The notes under the pieces: generated by a model
What the model was told of the DNA's origin: nothing
What the model saw: only the letters and a program-made list of their open reading frames with translations
Database searches by the model: none
Part shown: in pieces, positions 7,540 to 8,875 of the stretch
How positions within the stretch are numbered: position 1 is the stretch's first letter
Layout: each line of letters begins with the position of its first letter
From: Octopus sinensis
Taxonomy: Eukaryota
Assembly (NCBI RefSeq): GCF_006345805.1
Contig: NW_021828171.1
Coordinates: 1-8,875, forward strand
DNA: 8,875 nt
Direction of reading: 5' to 3'
Position numbers and translations under genes: made by a program

Positions 7540-7706
7540 ACCACCAAAACTGAAAACAAACATCACATGATGACCACGACTACCGTCCCCAACCCACCAA
7601 AAGTTCTGCTACTACTACAACGACCGTCATCATTACCATAACAACCACCGACCCTACCCCCATCACCCTCATCACCACCACCACCACCACCAACAACAAC
7701 AACATC
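7540..7706. repeat. Degenerate (CAC)n/(CAA)n/(CAT)n/(CTA)n trinucleotide tract
   Basis: Directly visible. Confidence 0.8.
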
Positions 7707-7829
7707 AGCCAAGAATCCACAGCATACAACATGAACTGTTGTAGATTTTCGGGGCTGAAAAATGGTTTAGTACCGAAATATTTTTGACCTTAGCATCTCA
7801 ACCCAGTTTGATGAGAATAATTTATACAA

Positions 7830-7928
7830 CATATATATATATATATGCATACATAACTACACACACACACATACATATACACACACTCATACATTTACAC
7901 ACAAATATATATTCCATATAAATGTCTT

Positions 7929-7959
<31 letters not shown>

Positions 7960-8080
7960 TATATATTTATGTATATATATATGCACACACATACACGGAC
8001 AGACAGACAAGCATACATATACGTACATAGATTCAGGCTAGCAGACATATAGCTGCATAGATAGGTAGGTGTACATGCTT

Positions 8081-8123
<43 letters not shown>

Positions 8124-8257
8124 CTAAATAATTCATTGTAAATATGTGTGCGTTTAGCTATATATATATAAACAGCAGCCCCACGCGCATATCTACATAT
8201 TTTCATAGAAGCACGTGCTCGCATACACATAGGTATATGTGTCTATGTGTGTTTGTA

Positions 8258-8289
<32 letters not shown>

Positions 8290-8310
8290 TGTGCGTGTGC
8301 GTGTGTGTCT
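7830..8310. repeat. Compound TA/CA/TG microsatellite region
   Basis: Directly visible; (TA)n at about 7938-7982 and 8084-8117, (TG)n at about 8246-8308. Confidence 0.93.
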
Positions 8311-8460
8311 GTATGTGTCTCCTTCAACACCGCTTGACGATCGCTGGTGGTGTGTTTAAGTCCTCGTAACTTAGCGGTTCGAGAAAACAGCCCAATGAAA
8401 TAAGTACTAGGCATTAAAATGTCCTGGAATGGATTCATTCGACTAAAAATGCCTTGAATG
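8300..8460 (+). mobile_element. SINE 3' half fragment following an internal (TG)n array
   Basis: CACCGCTTGAC...GGTGTGTTTAAGTCCTCGTAACTTAGCGGTTCG...AATAAGTACTAGGC...ATTCATTCGACTAAAA matches my recollection of the 3' part of an abundant octopus SINE. It has no tRNA head and is truncated by the next element. Not database-verified. Confidence 0.6.
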
Positions 8461-8738
8461 TTCCGTTTTTATTCCGTCCTTGTTTCCGTATACATTCGCT
8501 GCTTTCTTCCACGGAATCTAATGCTGTTAGCTTAGTTTTTCCCTGGGGCTGGCCAGATTGGAGCAATCTCGAGTATAACCAGCCGAAATTGCAAAGATAA
8601 TCTGGAACTCGACTGAGGAAAGAAAACTCCGAATGACCCGTCCTTGTTTTCTTTGTATCATCTATCTGGATGTTTTGTTGTCCGTTTTTTGTATCACCTA
8701 ACGGTCTGGATGTTTTGCGTTCTTGTCCCATTGTGTAT
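8461..8738 (+). mobile_element. Interspersed repeat, probably a Penelope-like pseudo-LTR fragment
   Basis: T-rich plus strand with internal direct repeats (CCGTCCTTGTTT at about 8474 and 8638; TTTGTATCA...TCTGGATGTTTTG...TTGTCC twice between 8652 and 8728), hammerhead-type boxes at 8547-8632, and a 3' end in (TA)n. Confidence 0.5.
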
Positions 8739-8750
8739 TATATATATATA

Positions 8751-8782
<32 letters not shown>
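8738..8782. repeat. (TA)n microsatellite
   Basis: Directly visible. Confidence 0.95.
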
Positions 8783-8783
<1 letters not shown>

Positions 8784-8825
8784 AACCGAGGGGGTGTTAT
8801 ATATGTATAATATATATAAAACATA

Positions 8826-8875
8826 CGAGGGTGGTTATTAAGATTTCCCCTGACCCACTTCCCAAGGAGTGCGAT
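8826..8875. mobile_element. Probable Tc1/mariner terminal inverted repeat, element running off the window
   Basis: TA (8824-8825) followed by CGAGGGTGGTTATTAAGATTTCCC. TA|CGAGGG... is a common mariner terminus and the context is a TA-rich target. The partner TIR is not in the window. Confidence 0.5.

Noticed and set aside
6262-8438. ORFs rich in CVCV/HTHT/YIYI and poly-T/S
   Set aside because: Dinucleotide and trinucleotide microsatellite translations.
8435-8731. 98-aa minus-strand ORF
   Set aside because: It is antisense to a T-rich repeat element, spans an element junction, and has no RT or GIY-YIG motifs.

Overview
AT-rich, microsatellite-saturated, non-coding eukaryotic (animal) DNA. 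The mix of (TA)n, (CA)n, (TAA)n, (GATA)n and (AAAG)n arrays with several tRNA-derived SINE types looks most like a coleoid cephalopod (Octopus-type) intron or intergenic region; this is inferred from recalled repeat patterns, not from a search. No credible protein-coding gene is present, and almost all listed ORFs are microsatellite read-throughs. The supportable content is: one apparently complete tRNA-derived SINE with a (GAA)n tail and a 15-bp target-site duplication (1294-1736); four partial or decayed SINEs; a 3' fragment of an L1/Tx1-like LINE; two Penelope-like fragments with hammerhead-type motifs; and a probable Tc1/mariner terminus at the right edge. The most unusual signal is RNA structure inside the repeats: two tandem HDV-ribozyme-like nested pseudoknot topologies in the 3' half of the complete SINE, and a permuted set of hammerhead core parts at about 8547-8632. 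All ribozyme calls come from manual base-pairing and deviate from canonical cores, so they are hypotheses.
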